Below, piece by piece: positions 30,483 through 42,127 of a DNA stretch of 64,000 bases. Under the pieces are notes generated by a model. It ran no database searches, had not been told where the DNA came from, and saw only the letters and a program-made list of their open reading frames with translations. This stretch comes from Agathobacter sp. (lineage in GTDB: Bacteria; Bacillota; Clostridia; Lachnospirales; Lachnospiraceae), in the NCBI GenBank assembly GCA_045603165.1, contig JAZULP010000032.1, positions 5,667-69,666 on the forward strand, given 5' to 3'. Position 1 is the stretch's first letter, and each line of letters opens with the position of its first letter. The position numbers were made by a program, and so were the translations under genes.

Positions 30483-32371
30483 GGGGTAAGCCCGGCTTCA
30501 ATAACAAATCTAGAAACCTCTATCTCCTTATTATTAAATGATTTTACCGAGCAGATAGTTAGGTCGGAAATGGCGCGGGTCATGGCGACATAGAACAGAC
30601 GACGTTCTTCTTCGATGTCTTTGTCCAGTAAAGCTTTTTTGTAGGGGGTAATCCCTTCGTTAGCATCCAAGATAAAGACCGATTTAAACTCGAGCCCTTT
30701 GGCACTGTGCATGGTTGCTAGCGTAATAGCATTGAGATTTTCACTTTTTTGTCGTGCTTTTTCCCGTAATTCTTCTGCATATTCTTGCATATGCAACTCC
30801 CACGCCTCATAGTTTTTGAAGCCCTTGGCACTTGCCTGTAGTTCTTCTAAAAGTTCATACAAATCTTCTTTGTTGATATTTCGATAATCCGCATATTCTT
30901 CTACGTATTCATCATAACCAATTCCGTGACGGATATAGTTAATCGCCGCATAAGGTGACATATGCTCAAGCATTTTAATATCATAATGCAGCTTTTCTAT
31001 TCGCTCTGCTATCCATGGCTGCTCGTCATACATTTTTTCCCATTCATCAAATGCGACCTGACTTTCACAAAGGGAATCTCTTCCTATATAACGCTTTGGC
31101 TTGTTCATAATCATGAGAAAATCTCTCCGTGAACGACTGCCACGAGCAATGCTGATATAGGTCCGAATATCCTTTGCAATCCAATGTTCATAAAGATTAG
31201 GAATTTGGTCTCTGGTTTTGAACTCTATATTATAAGCCATAAGCTGTTCCATAAGAAATCGGGGCTGAGTATTGGTGCGAAATAAAATAGCGATGTCAGA
31301 CAAGGCATGTCCATTCTGTATATAAGTCTCTATTTCCTTGATAATAAATAATATTTCATCACGCTGAGTATGAAACTGCAAGAATCTGACTCTTTCTTTT
31401 GTATCATTATTTTCTGCGACATGCATATCACTTGCTTTCGTTTGAGGATTCACAGGTACATATGCAATCACCTTCTTCGAAAATCTCTCTTTATTATGTG
31501 AAATCAACTTTTGTGAGGCCTCCACAATCATTGGGTGAGAACGATAATTTACATCCAACTGTATCTGCTTCATAGCTGGATAATCCTTAGGTACATGCAG
31601 CATTATCTCCGGCTTTGAACCGCGAAAGCGATAAATAGATTGGTCATCATCTCCTACCATAAACAAATTATTCTCTGGAGCTGCCATCATTCGCAGAATG
31701 TCATACTGAATCTGGTTGATATCCTGAAACTCATCTACAAGAATATACTGATACTTTTTCTGCCATGCACTTAGAATATCTGTTCTCTCCTTGAAAAGCT
31801 CGTAGGTCAACGTAAGCATATCATCAAAATCAATCAATCGATGCTTATTTAGAAATGCTTGGTAATCCTCATAAATCTTGCGGAACACATCTTCCCCACA
31901 CTGGGAGGAATAAAAATGCTCCAATGGAATACGGGAATTCTTTATCATGCTTATTTCCCCAAAAATGCCACTCATAAGTTCATTTTCATCACGATATTCC
32001 AAACCATATCTGTTTATTAATTCTCGCATAGCTTGATATTTAATTTCATCAGTTATAATATTGCTGCTATTATAGTTGTACGCTAGCTTTAGTACCATGA
32101 AAAAAATTGCATGAAAAGTCCCGAATGTAACTTTAGATACGTCCTGCATCTTGCTTTGAAAACGTAGCTTCATTTCATTCGCAGCTGCCTTAGTGAAGGT
32201 AATCACCAGAATATTAGATGGACTTACACCATACTTAAATATTAAGTTTTTTGTTCGTTCTACTAGGGTCGCAGTCTTGCCACTGCCTGGACCAGCTAAG
32301 ACAAGCATCGGACCATCCCTGTGCAAAATAGCCGATGTTTGAGATTCGTTGAATTTCATGAAATACCTCAA
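30461..32371 (-). CDS. UvrD/PcrA-family ATP-dependent helicase
   Basis: LAGPGSGKT, VDEFQD, GDDDQSIYRFRG, TMHSAKGLEF and EERRLFYVAMTRA. Confidence 0.95.
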   Translation of the reverse strand: MRYFMKFNESQTSAILHRDGPMLVLAGPGSGKTATLVERTKNLIFKYGVSPSNILVITFTKAAANEMKLRFQSKMQDVSKVTFGTFHAIFFMVLKLAYNYNSSNIITDEIKYQAMRELINRYGLEYRDENELMSGIFGEISMIKNSRIPLEHFYSSQCGEDVFRKIYEDYQAFLNKHRLIDFDDMLTLTYELFKERTDILSAWQKKYQYILVDEFQDINQIQYDILRMMAAPENNLFMVGDDDQSIYRFRGSKPEIMLHVPKDYPAMKQIQLDVNYRSHPMIVEASQKLISHNKERFSKKVIAYVPVNPQTKASDMHVAENNDTKERVRFLQFHTQRDEILFIIKEIETYIQNGHALSDIAILFRTNTQPRFLMEQLMAYNIEFKTRDQIPNLYEHWIAKDIRTYISIARGSRSRRDFLMIMNKPKRYIGRDSLCESQVAFDEWEKMYDEQPWIAERIEKLHYDIKMLEHMSPYAAINYIRHGIGYDEYVEEYADYRNINKEDLYELLEELQASAKGFKNYEAWELHMQEYAEELREKARQKSENLNAITLATMHSAKGLEFKSVFILDANEGITPYKKALLDKDIEEERRLFYVAMTRAISDLTICSVKSFNNKEIEVSRFVIEAGLTPYSSKDS

Positions 32372-32383
32372 GACAAAAGAAAT

Positions 32384-32424
32384 GGAAAAGCATGCATAAT
32401 TTCACGCATTATGCATGCCTTTTC
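32384..32424 (-). terminator. Hairpin terminator after gltX
   Basis: gcatgcataat..attatgcatgc inverted repeat. Confidence 0.5.
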
Positions 32425-32447
32425 TGTTCATATAGTTCTAAATAATC

Positions 32448-33902
32448 TTATTTGGATAATAATTCAATTCCCTTACGGATACGTGCAATTGATTCTTCTT
32501 TTCCAAGAAGTTCCATAAGCTCGGTTGCTCCACCTGGTGTCATCTGTTTACCAGAAACTGCAGTACGAATAGGCCACATTACATAGCCGTTTTTCACACC
32601 TTTTTCTTCTACATATTTGCAAAGTGTAGCGTAAAGTGCGTCATTTGAATAATCTTCCTGTGCTTCTAAAATTGGAAGAATATCATTCAATACTTCAAGA
32701 GATGTTTCTTCATTGGTTTTCATCTTCTTATGGGCATACATTGCGATATCGTATTCTGGTAAGGTTTCAAGAAAGTCGATATGTTCTTTGATATCTGGGA
32801 ACACTTCAATACGCGTTTTTACCATAGCAGCAATTTTCTTTAAATCTAAATTTTTGCTGATTACTTCCTTGATATATGGCTCAGCCATTTCATAGAAAGC
32901 ATCAAAATCCATTGCTTTGATATATTCACCGTTCATCCATTTTAATTTTACGTAGTCGAAAACAGCTGGTGATTTGCTGATTCTGGTATAATCAAAATCA
33001 CGGATAAGTTCGTCTAAGGTGAAAATTTCACGGTTATCCTCTGGACTCCAGCCAAGTAAAGCTATATAGTTTACAATAGCTTCTGTCAAAAATCCCTGTT
33101 CAATCAAATCTTCGAAAGAAGAATGTCCACTTCTCTTAGAAAGCTTTTTGTGGTTTTCATCGGTAATCAGTGGCAAATGAATGTAGGTTGGTGATTCCCA
33201 GCCAAATGCATCATAAAGTCTCTGATACTTTGGTGAAGATGAAAGGTATTCGTTACCACGAACTACGTGTGTGATGTTCATAGTGTGGTCATCTACTACA
33301 TTTGCAAAGTTGTAGGTTGGATATCCATCTGATTTGATGAGAATCATATCATCAAGCTCTGCATTTTCTACTGTAATATCGCCATAAAGTTCGTCATGGA
33401 AGGTCGTAGTTCCTTCATTTGGAATGTTCTGACGAATAACAAATGGCTTGCCTTCTGCAAGATTTGCTTCTACTTCTTCTTTGGAAAGAGATGTGCAGTG
33501 TTTGTCATAAACCGTAATTTCTTTGCCTTCTACTACTTCGGATTTCAAAGAAGCAAGACGTTCTTTGTCACAGAAACAGTAGTAAGCTTCGCCTTTATCT
33601 ACCAATTCTTTTGCATATTTCATGTAGATACCCGTTGCCATACGTTCACTCTGTACATATGGACCGAAACCACCATCCTTGTCTGGACCTTCATCATGTA
33701 CAAGGCCTGTTTTTTCCATAGTTCTGTAGATGATTTCTACAGCGCCTTCTACATAACGTTCCTGGTCTGTATCTTCAATACGGAGCATAAATTCTCCACC
33801 TGCGTGTTTTGCAATTAAAAATTCATATAATGCAGAACGCAAGTTACCTACGTGCATTCTACCGGTTGGACTTGGTGCAAATCTTGTTCTAACTTTGCTC
33901 AT
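32448..33902 (-). CDS. gltX: Glutamate--tRNA ligase
   Basis: [14 protein letters not shown] (HIGH motif) and KLSKR (KMSKS motif). Start moved to 33902. Confidence 0.97.
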   Translation of the reverse strand: MSKVRTRFAPSPTGRMHVGNLRSALYEFLIAKHAGGEFMLRIEDTDQERYVEGAVEIIYRTMEKTGLVHDEGPDKDGGFGPYVQSERMATGIYMKYAKELVDKGEAYYCFCDKERLASLKSEVVEGKEITVYDKHCTSLSKEEVEANLAEGKPFVIRQNIPNEGTTTFHDELYGDITVENAELDDMILIKSDGYPTYNFANVVDDHTMNITHVVRGNEYLSSSPKYQRLYDAFGWESPTYIHLPLITDENHKKLSKRSGHSSFEDLIEQGFLTEAIVNYIALLGWSPEDNREIFTLDELIRDFDYTRISKSPAVFDYVKLKWMNGEYIKAMDFDAFYEMAEPYIKEVISKNLDLKKIAAMVKTRIEVFPDIKEHIDFLETLPEYDIAMYAHKKMKTNEETSLEVLNDILPILEAQEDYSNDALYATLCKYVEEKGVKNGYVMWPIRTAVSGKQMTPGGATELMELLGKEESIARIRKGIELLSK

Positions 33903-34032
33903 TTTATCTCTCCTCTTGTATATGATTGTGCTATGCACAACTTCTATAAATATAAAAAGTAGGTTGCAACCTACTAATTCAGTCGCAACCCACATTATAT
34001 ACTAGATTGCAAAATTAAGCAATCTACATTTT

Positions 34033-34629
34033 CTACTTGTCAAAGGATGGGTTATATGCATAGAAATTCTTGCTATCTAACTGATCCTGATACATTCTTA
34101 AGCCTTCGCCAAATCTCTGATAGTGAACAATTTCTCTTTGACGAAGGAATTTGATAGGGTCTGCCACCTCCTGGTCTTTTACAAGTCGCAGAATGTTGTC
34201 ATACGTAGTACGAGCCTTCTGTTCTGCTGCTAAGTCCTCATGCAAATCAGTAAGTGGGTCACCCTTACTCTGGAACTGGTTAGCATTGAATGGAACACCA
34301 CCGGCAGCCTGAGGCCAAATACCACCTGTGTGGTCAATATAATACGCACCAAGACCAGATTCTTTTAGTTCTTCAGCACTACACCCCTTCGTCAGCTGAC
34401 GAATAATCGTAGCAACCATCTCCATATGCGCCAGTTCCTCTGTGCCTATGTCAGTCAAAAGTCCAGCAACCTTTTTATTATCCATAGAATATCTCTGTGA
34501 TAAATATCTCAAGGAAGCTCCAATTTCACCATCCGGACCACCATACTGGCTGGCTATAAATTTTGCCATGGCTGGATTTGGTCTTGTAATGTTAATCGGG
34601 TATTGTAATTTTCTTTCATATATCCACAT
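34033..34629 (-). CDS. cotJC: Spore coat manganese catalase CotJC
   Basis: QYGGPDGE, DIGTEELAHMEM, EDLAAEQKAR and REIVHYQRF; follows cotJB. Confidence 0.93.
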   Translation of the reverse strand: MWIYERKLQYPINITRPNPAMAKFIASQYGGPDGEIGASLRYLSQRYSMDNKKVAGLLTDIGTEELAHMEMVATIIRQLTKGCSAEELKESGLGAYYIDHTGGIWPQAAGGVPFNANQFQSKGDPLTDLHEDLAAEQKARTTYDNILRLVKDQEVADPIKFLRQREIVHYQRFGEGLRMYQDQLDSKNFYAYNPSFDK

Positions 34630-34630
34630 A

Positions 34631-34882
34631 CTATCTTACTCCTTCCCATGGTAATGGTGTTTCTGCCCAAGCCCAATGATCTGTATCTGTTGCAGAAGTT
34701 GCAGTCAATGGACCATAGACATCTTCATATTCTCTTTTCGCCTCTTTGTATTTTTTAACTGCATCCTTGTAGTATGCCAATGCTTCTTCATCACATGGAT
34801 GAGTGTCTAGATATAGCTGCATATCTACCACTACAAAGCAAAGCGCCTGTACCCATTCCAACATTTGCTTTCTATTCATCAT
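34631..34882 (-). CDS. cotJB: Spore coat protein CotJB
   Basis: LYLDTHP, YGPL and PLPWE motifs. Confidence 0.93.
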   Translation of the reverse strand: MMNRKQMLEWVQALCFVVVDMQLYLDTHPCDEEALAYYKDAVKKYKEAKREYEDVYGPLTATSATDTDHWAWAETPLPWEGVR

Positions 34883-35187
34883 CGCATCCCCCTTCTACCA
34901 TAGAACGGTTTCTCTAATTCTGGAAATATTGTTCCCGCATGAAGTCCCTGCATCGGTTCATAGGTACATTCAAAATTCTGCCAAGGTACATAGGCCATTG
35001 CTAAAGCCATGCCAGCACACATATCTCTTGTACGTACAACATCATCACATGGTTCAGAATTTTCTTGACAGTTACAGTCCCTAACGACATCTGAAACGCA
35101 ATAGTTTCTGGAATTCATCTGATTTCTAGACATTCGCACATCTCTGGAGCTACCAGAATATCTGCTACTGTTTGTATAATTTCCCAT
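34879..35187 (-). CDS. cotJA: Spore coat protein CotJA
   Basis: LAMAYVPWQ and GTIFPELEKPF. Start moved to 35187 (RBS aggag). A CATATCTTA mother-cell-type -10 lies upstream. Confidence 0.9.
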   Translation of the reverse strand: MGNYTNSSRYSGSSRDVRMSRNQMNSRNYCVSDVVRDCNCQENSEPCDDVVRTRDMCAGMALAMAYVPWQNFECTYEPMQGLHAGTIFPELEKPFYGRRGMR

Positions 35188-35232
35188 ACATATTTCTCCT
35201 ATTATCTTAATACAATATAAGATATGCAAAAC

Positions 35233-35265
35233 AAAAGAGAATGCCACATATTAGCATTCTCTTTT
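35233..35265 (-). terminator. Terminator of the DUF5717 operon
   Basis: aaaagagaatgc..gcattctctttt hairpin. Confidence 0.6.
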
Positions 35266-36430
35266 ATAATACTCCTTTATTCAGTTCATCCACGCGTTGC
35301 ATAATCTCGCGAATCTTTTCGGATTTTTTTCCCATGAAGTCACAATATATGTCTGCCTCATCCCGCATATGCTGAATAGCTCTCAGATTATAATCTATCT
35401 GCTCACGCAAAGCTCTGCGACGCGAAAAATAATTGTGCTTTAACTCTACCATGGCTTTTGGGTCAACAATTGCATTGGCATAATTCACCCATATGCTAGA
35501 ATCGTAGAGATTTAACCCTCTCATAATTTGAAGTAAGCGATCGTTAAAATATTCCAAATCTTCATTTATCTTCTTGAATTTCTCTCGTTCCTTGCTTATC
35601 TCATTATACTGCTCATAGTTATAGGTCAGTTCTCTAGAATTGTTGACATGAAAACGATTACAGGTATAGTCTACCGCGTTTTTTACATTAACATACTTGA
35701 TTTTGACACGATTTTCCAAGGCAATCGCATAGTTTTGATTGACATCACATTTCTTGATATCCTTTGCACATTCTTGCATACGAATCACAATATAAGATGC
35801 CGTCAGTGTAGCCATAAATGCTACAATGATAATCGGTAGTGAACCCCATTCTATGATAAAAGACAAAACAACCACAAAAAATGCTGCTAGTCCAAGACCA
35901 AGCATAGAAAGCTTTGCCATACGCTGCAGCTGTTCCTGCTCCTTTTGTCTTTCCTGCCTCATAATACTCCATTCAACTTTTTCTGCGGCAAGACGATTCA
36001 AGTCACGCTTAATTGTATCAAGATATTTTTCATTGTCCATCAGTCGACGCACAATGCCAGGAATCTCTTCCTCCAGCTCCTGCATCTGCTGAAAGGTTTC
36101 ATCCGAAATTTTCTGCTCCACATTCAGATAATCATTTCTGGCACCGACAAGCTTGGACACATTAGTCGCCACATCCACAAGCATAGACTTCTGCTCTCCA
36201 GCCAGTTCTTCTACAATCTGAATATCGCATAAATACTCGCTTACTCTTTTATATTCCTGACGGATATCCTCCATTTCTCTGGAAACATCAATCATCTGCT
36301 CACACAGGCTATAGACATAATCCTCTGAAGTTTTCTCATCCCTGATTTCTACAGGAGTAATATCTTTCGCTTCAAGCTGTTCTCTTTCTATTCTTTTTTT
36401 TCTTCCAAACAACCGTTCAAATAAAGACAT
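35264..36430 (-). CDS. Hypothetical coiled-coil protein with a two-TM hairpin
   Basis: Heptad-rich helices flank the hydrophobic segment LSMLGLGLAAFFVVVLSF...PIIIVAFMATLTASYIVI; last gene of a tight operon. Confidence 0.75.
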   Translation of the reverse strand: MSLFERLFGRKKRIEREQLEAKDITPVEIRDEKTSEDYVYSLCEQMIDVSREMEDIRQEYKRVSEYLCDIQIVEELAGEQKSMLVDVATNVSKLVGARNDYLNVEQKISDETFQQMQELEEEIPGIVRRLMDNEKYLDTIKRDLNRLAAEKVEWSIMRQERQKEQEQLQRMAKLSMLGLGLAAFFVVVLSFIIEWGSLPIIIVAFMATLTASYIVIRMQECAKDIKKCDVNQNYAIALENRVKIKYVNVKNAVDYTCNRFHVNNSRELTYNYEQYNEISKEREKFKKINEDLEYFNDRLLQIMRGLNLYDSSIWVNYANAIVDPKAMVELKHNYFSRRRALREQIDYNLRAIQHMRDEADIYCDFMGKKSEKIREIMQRVDELNKGVL

Positions 36431-36432
36431 AC

Positions 36433-37272
36433 TTAAATCCTACAAATTTTTCTATATTCTTCCTTCCATTGGAAAAGTATCCTGGAAAGTGATTTATGGT
36501 GCTCACTCTTTTGTCCATTCCCAATCATAATGGATAGCGACTCTAATTTCCTATCAAACAGCTCAAGTTCTTCACTGTCCTTCGCCTGACGAAGCTCGTT
36601 GTAAATTTCATGTATCAATGCTTCCGTCGGACGATACTGCTCTACGGCATTTAAAAATCCCACTTCATCCTGATGACATTTATACGCCATAAGACATTCC
36701 TTTAAAGATTCCACATTGTTATTCATGCAAAATGCCTTTTCATAACAATGAATAGCTTCCTTAAATAGAAACAATCTGGCATAGGCGGTACCTAAATTGT
36801 GCCAAATACTCCCCAAAAGCTCCTTGCTCTGCTCTCCAGCCTCATTGGAATCCAAAAGGGTTTTGTATTCATAAATACTGCTTAAGTATTTTTCTTTTTC
36901 CATCAAACGATCTGCACGCACCTTGCTACATTCAAAATCGGATTTCTCCTCCATTTCCCGGATAATATGCATAATTTCCTTTATAGCATCCTTGGAGGAA
37001 TATCCACATTCCACTAAAATTGTCAGTACAAATTCCGACAATCGACCATCCATACGCATAATATCGCGGAGACGCTCAGCCAATTTTAAGTTTTTTACTT
37101 CCTTGCCAATCCAGTTACAAAGCTCCTCATTCATGAAATCCTTTTCCAGAAGATAGGTGTTGTTTTCGATGTAATAACACAATTCCTCCAGAGAATACAC
37201 ATTCCATGAAATTCCCTCAATATAATATGGCAAGGCTGCTATCGGTTCATTACATATTAAAATTTCGCCCAT
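36433..37272 (-). CDS. TPR-containing hypothetical protein
   Basis: IWHNLGTAYARLFLFKEAIHCYEKA TPR repeat. Start moved to 37272 (RBS ggagg). Confidence 0.75.
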   Translation of the reverse strand: MGEILICNEPIAALPYYIEGISWNVYSLEELCYYIENNTYLLEKDFMNEELCNWIGKEVKNLKLAERLRDIMRMDGRLSEFVLTILVECGYSSKDAIKEIMHIIREMEEKSDFECSKVRADRLMEKEKYLSSIYEYKTLLDSNEAGEQSKELLGSIWHNLGTAYARLFLFKEAIHCYEKAFCMNNNVESLKECLMAYKCHQDEVGFLNAVEQYRPTEALIHEIYNELRQAKDSEELELFDRKLESLSIMIGNGQKSEHHKSLSRILFQWKEEYRKICRI

Positions 37273-37289
37273 ATAGCCTCCACATTTAT

Positions 37290-38525
37290 TTACATAGTCA
37301 TAGTATATTTCCAAATCTTATCTGTACTTCGGAAGATTTCTCCAAAACCCAAATCACGAATCCGCACTTCGATTTTCTCATCAGAGACTGGTGTAGCAGT
37401 GATACGAAGTCGTGTTGTTCGGTCTGGTCTTTCTGGTAAATCTGTTAGTTCCAGAGTTTCAATCACTGCTTCTCTACTGTTTGGCAACTGTTTCCAAAAA
37501 TCAATCTCACCATCTCCAGCAAGAATCACTTCACATTCCCCTTTTGTTTCAAACCAGTTTTTACCCGCACTGATTAGGGTATAAAATGCAAGATTGCCAC
37601 GGCTACGTACCTTAAGACTCAGGTTAAACTTCATTTCATTTTCACCCATGTAAATATAATTCCAACCTTCTGCATGGTCACGGATAAATCCCGCATAGCA
37701 GGCGCCCTTGCAGTAAAGGTTGTTGCCCATAAATACACGTCGTTGGCGACAAAGATAGGTAAGTGAATGCTTTAACCAGTCTCCTTCAAATCCGTCTCCC
37801 ACTAAAAATGCAGAGGAAACAATTTGACTTTCAAATGCTTTTTGCAATATCACTAAAAATTCATCATCCTTTTCCTCATCCACGGGATAACGAATACTTT
37901 CTTTAATAGAAATGACTTGTGGCTTGGTTTTGGTATTGCGTTTTAGTCCATAGTAATGCAGGCTGTTTCCTTCACACTCAAACAAATATACATCATGAAT
38001 CCACAATTCCGATGGTTGACTAAGTGTAAAATAATAAAAGCTCTCCTTATGGTCGACTACCATAAACTGTTCTGGCAAAAGTCCCAGCTTTGGTGCTATT
38101 TTCCAGAACACCTCCATATTTTCTCGGGAAAGACGTTCTACAGAAAGAATTACCTTGTCATAGCCTGTCACATTCCCCAGCTTCAATGGTAGATCCATGA
38201 GTTTCTTTAAATACAGCGCCAACAACTCCCATGCCTCATAGCAGTCCTCTTCGATACGGATGTTTTCACCATTCACTGCGCGTTTGAGGAGAGAATCCAC
38301 GCATATGACCTCCGAAGTTTTTGCCATTTTTCTGGCATCCTCCCCATAGAACCACTGTCCCAAATTCCGGCGCTTAGCTAAAAGTGTTGGAATCTGATAG
38401 ATTTCACTGCCTGCAATGGTACTTACCGTTTCCGGCTCCTTCATATTCAGTTGGTAGTAGCTTATCATAGCGTATCTGTCATTTAAATCGATACCTAGAT
38501 AAACAGATTCTCTCTTTGTTTCCAT
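37290..38525 (-). CDS. Hsp70/actin-fold-like protein (DUF5716-type)
   Basis: YLGIDL, IPTLL, FYGEDA, FLVGDG and KGACY parallel the DnaK motifs; family name is from recall. Confidence 0.65.
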   Translation of the reverse strand: METKRESVYLGIDLNDRYAMISYYQLNMKEPETVSTIAGSEIYQIPTLLAKRRNLGQWFYGEDARKMAKTSEVICVDSLLKRAVNGENIRIEEDCYEAWELLALYLKKLMDLPLKLGNVTGYDKVILSVERLSRENMEVFWKIAPKLGLLPEQFMVVDHKESFYYFTLSQPSELWIHDVYLFECEGNSLHYYGLKRNTKTKPQVISIKESIRYPVDEEKDDEFLVILQKAFESQIVSSAFLVGDGFEGDWLKHSLTYLCRQRRVFMGNNLYCKGACYAGFIRDHAEGWNYIYMGENEMKFNLSLKVRSRGNLAFYTLISAGKNWFETKGECEVILAGDGEIDFWKQLPNSREAVIETLELTDLPERPDRTTRLRITATPVSDEKIEVRIRDLGFGEIFRSTDKIWKYTMTM

Positions 38526-38539
38526 GCTACCCTCTGTGT

Positions 38540-41500
38540 CTATAACAGCTTGAATACCCTCTGCGTAACCTCTTCATATTCTGCATACTGCTTCATGGCA
38601 CGATACAACTCGTCATCCTCCTGCAACGTGTTTGAAATCAGCATTTGGTTCAACAGATTGTATCTGCTGTCATCATTTTTATTGTATACATCGTTGTTTA
38701 CAACGCGATTGCTCTCCGTAACCTCTACTTCATTTTGATGTTCTTCACTTATGTAATACTGGATAGTTTCTCCAAAGAACATCACAAAGTCTTTCACGAA
38801 AATACCTCCATATACATCTAACATATCTTCTTTTATAAAGTCATCTCCATCCTCGTCACGACTGTAATGAAGCACCACATGGCTGTGAGGATTTGCACGA
38901 TACTCCAAGAATACCTTGTCATACAGATGATATTTCAGCACTAGGTCCGGATGGAGCTTCTTGTAAAATGCAAAATACATATTTCGTCTGGTGTATTCTG
39001 CTAGCAATTCATCCTCGATTGTCAGCTGACGTTCACTAATATTGGAAATTTCTGTATAATGCTTCAGAAGTGTCAGCTTACATGCATCATTTAACTCCAA
39101 ATTATAGATGTATCTGGCTTCGATTAATTCAAAAATATCATTCTGTATATGCTCATTGTCCACAAAATAGCGATGAGCACAAGTCGAAATATATGCCAGA
39201 GTGATAAAATCCTTGCCACCAGCTTCATAGAAATAGGCAAATACAGGCATCGCCTCCAATACCATATTGTCTGCATACATCATCTGTACCAGAATACGTT
39301 CAGAAATATCAAATCGATTGATATCATATGTATCCGCTACTTTCCAGATATCCAGCATAGTTTTCGTTGGACCATTATAATGCTGACATAAGTAATTTAA
39401 AAGCTTTTGGTTGTATTTTTTTGCACGAAATGTCTCAATTGCCATCGTCGTGACATATTCATCCTCTTCATTCTCCAACCGGTCAATTAGATAGCTTACC
39501 AAAGCCAGCTTAGATGCAGAATCAATCTGATCCATACCATACTCTACAACCTTTTCATATGCAAAATCAAAGAGATGGTTGTCCACCAAAAGCTTCATCG
39601 CAAACCTTCTAGTAGTTTCCTCCAGCTTGGAATAATCGGCCTTTGTCAAATATTCTTCTATCATGCCATCATAGGTATTCATCTGGTAAAAGCGAAGAAT
39701 TTCCGGCAACATACGTGCCTTGTATCTACCACTAATCACTTCTGAGAACATGAGTGGTTTGAAATGTTCTTTATCCTCTGTTGCAAAAGTTAGATAGTTT
39801 TGCTTTGTGTCAAAATAAGAAATCAAATATGGCAGCTGATATGGCGCCAGCTCGAGACACTTCGTCAGGTATTTCTGTGCATCCATAAGATTCTGAATCT
39901 GATATGGAATACTTTCAGAATAACGCTGCCCCTTATCATCCTCAAACACAATTACATATTCCTGTGAATAAAGCTGAAAATATGCCACATTATCCACAAT
40001 TGGAACAATTTGTGGTTTCTTCATCTGACGCTGATAAACGATAGCCCGTACTATTTTTTCATCATATACCGCCACCTTGTGCGTGAAAATGATATGAGAA
40101 AGAGCCTTTGCAAGCTCCTCATTTATCGCAGCTAAATCCAGCACATCATCATAAACCACCGCCAGATTGTCATCCATATGTCCTTTTAGAATCTGCTCTA
40201 TCGCAAACCTGCCCATTGAACGACGATAGTGCTGATACACCTCTGGATTTGTGGTCTTCGATGCAATAATATTGTTGTATAACACTGCCATTTTCTTGTA
40301 TGGCAGACCACTTTCATACTGAAAATACATCTGTATAACCTTTGGAACAGGCACAATTTTACGCTCATCCATAGACAACAAATATGCCTCATAAAGGCTT
40401 GTGATACGAAGCTCAAGTTCAATACCCATTTCAAACCATTTGTGGTATTGGTAATCAAACTGCTGTCCTTTAATCAAATAGCTACAGATAATCCCTACAT
40501 ATTCTGGTTTTGGATTTACTTCATAAGCCGCACACATCAAGTCATATAATATCGTACTAAAGGCTTTTTCTGTCTCCATAATTTGGAAAATCTGTATAGC
40601 AATATCCTTGCTAAGAGCACGATGACGCACTGCCCAACGTAAAACACGCAATTCAAAGCGTCCCAGCCTTGTCAAGAGATATGGCTCCTGCCAAATCAGG
40701 TAAAAAGCCTCCACATACAAATATGGAGAAGAACAACCCTTCATAACCCAGTATTCAATAGCTTTAAGCTTTAATGCATTGTTATCAACATATTCCTCCT
40801 GCAAAAAGGTAAGTACCCAGAACAGCATGACAGAGTCTGGATTCTCATGGAAAATACCTTCGATTTCCTTGGTGAGCCGTTCTACATAATTTGGCTCCCG
40901 CTCAATCAAAGTCAGTATATACAAATAATATCCCCATACTGGGTGCTTTTTGTCATTCCATTCCCGTTTGAAATCGTCCAGTAACCACTCTGCTTCTTGC
41001 TTCTGACGATTGATAATGAGACACTGGGCTTTCATAAGCTGATACATGGGCTCCTCTGGTTCGATTCCATGGAGACGATTTAACAGTGCAATGGTTTCTT
41101 TTGCCCATACACCAGTAACGATTCGCTTCAAACGATATGCCTGATACAGCTCCATAACCCCAGCTAGACATTCTTTTCTCTGAATACTGTCTGATGGTTT
41201 GGTATTTTCATTTTCCTCAGAAGCATTCACTTCTACTTCAATCATGATAGATTCATAAACCGAAGCAAGCTCAATTTTGCCAAAATTGTTGCCACCATGA
41301 AAATATTCCGGATCAATGTAAACCTGTAAATTATATATACTTCCGATAAAATCCTCGGAACGAACTTTCTTTTTTTCTATTTGGATAAATTCTGCATCCG
41401 AAGAAGCGGAAATTTCCAGATAACCCCAATGTTCCTTTTTGATTTCTATGGTTTGCATGGTCTTTTCGGTAATGCCCGAAAGCTGAATTTTCTGCTTATC

Positions 41501-42109
41501 TACAGTAAATGAGATTTTCTCTTTTTTACGAATTCCGATTAAGAATTCTTCCATATTCTGATTGGAAGGCTTCGCATCAATAATCCCGCGATAAATCATG
41601 CTTTCCTTTAGTTCATTGGCTTTGATAATATTGGAAAAGCTCTTGTGATAAAACAACTGGAAAGCTTCACTCCAGTTTGCCTTTGCGAGACATGAAAAGT
41701 CATAAAGACTCTTCACTGGTCCGATGGAGGTCTCTGTGTATTTTTTAGAAATGGACGCACAAAAAGAAAGACTGATTTCATTTTGTTCACATACGATGAC
41801 AAAATCTCCCCTTTCGGTCAGTCCTTCATTTAAACCATAGCTATGAAATTGATAACGAACCCGAACCTTCTCACCTTCAAAGTGAGGGGTAAGCACTTCC
41901 ATTCTTGGATTGGTAGAGTATACCAAGCCGCGAAGCTTGGTATAGCTAGAGTTCTCTATAGAAAACTCACCCTCATAGTTCTCTCCTTCTGTGACAGAAA
42001 ATGCGATTTCCTCTTCCGAAATAATGAGCTCTGGTTTCGCGTATTCGAATTTGCCTCTGGCTAGTTGCTTAATTCTCTTACGCACGTATTTCACCCGCTT
42101 TTCTTGCAT
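38540..42109 (-). CDS. Large uncharacterised protein (DUF5717-type)
   Basis: 1189 aa with a beta-rich N-terminus (LRGLVYSTNPRM) and helical remainder; family name is from recall. Confidence 0.65.
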   Translation of the reverse strand: MQEKRVKYVRKRIKQLARGKFEYAKPELIISEEEIAFSVTEGENYEGEFSIENSSYTKLRGLVYSTNPRMEVLTPHFEGEKVRVRYQFHSYGLNEGLTERGDFVIVCEQNEISLSFCASISKKYTETSIGPVKSLYDFSCLAKANWSEAFQLFYHKSFSNIIKANELKESMIYRGIIDAKPSNQNMEEFLIGIRKKEKISFTVDKQKIQLSGITEKTMQTIEIKKEHWGYLEISASSDAEFIQIEKKKVRSEDFIGSIYNLQVYIDPEYFHGGNNFGKIELASVYESIMIEVEVNASEENENTKPSDSIQRKECLAGVMELYQAYRLKRIVTGVWAKETIALLNRLHGIEPEEPMYQLMKAQCLIINRQKQEAEWLLDDFKREWNDKKHPVWGYYLYILTLIEREPNYVERLTKEIEGIFHENPDSVMLFWVLTFLQEEYVDNNALKLKAIEYWVMKGCSSPYLYVEAFYLIWQEPYLLTRLGRFELRVLRWAVRHRALSKDIAIQIFQIMETEKAFSTILYDLMCAAYEVNPKPEYVGIICSYLIKGQQFDYQYHKWFEMGIELELRITSLYEAYLLSMDERKIVPVPKVIQMYFQYESGLPYKKMAVLYNNIIASKTTNPEVYQHYRRSMGRFAIEQILKGHMDDNLAVVYDDVLDLAAINEELAKALSHIIFTHKVAVYDEKIVRAIVYQRQMKKPQIVPIVDNVAYFQLYSQEYVIVFEDDKGQRYSESIPYQIQNLMDAQKYLTKCLELAPYQLPYLISYFDTKQNYLTFATEDKEHFKPLMFSEVISGRYKARMLPEILRFYQMNTYDGMIEEYLTKADYSKLEETTRRFAMKLLVDNHLFDFAYEKVVEYGMDQIDSASKLALVSYLIDRLENEEDEYVTTMAIETFRAKKYNQKLLNYLCQHYNGPTKTMLDIWKVADTYDINRFDISERILVQMMYADNMVLEAMPVFAYFYEAGGKDFITLAYISTCAHRYFVDNEHIQNDIFELIEARYIYNLELNDACKLTLLKHYTEISNISERQLTIEDELLAEYTRRNMYFAFYKKLHPDLVLKYHLYDKVFLEYRANPHSHVVLHYSRDEDGDDFIKEDMLDVYGGIFVKDFVMFFGETIQYYISEEHQNEVEVTESNRVVNNDVYNKNDDSRYNLLNQMLISNTLQEDDELYRAMKQYAEYEEVTQRVFKLL

Positions 42110-42127
42110 ATCTACATAATTGAAATA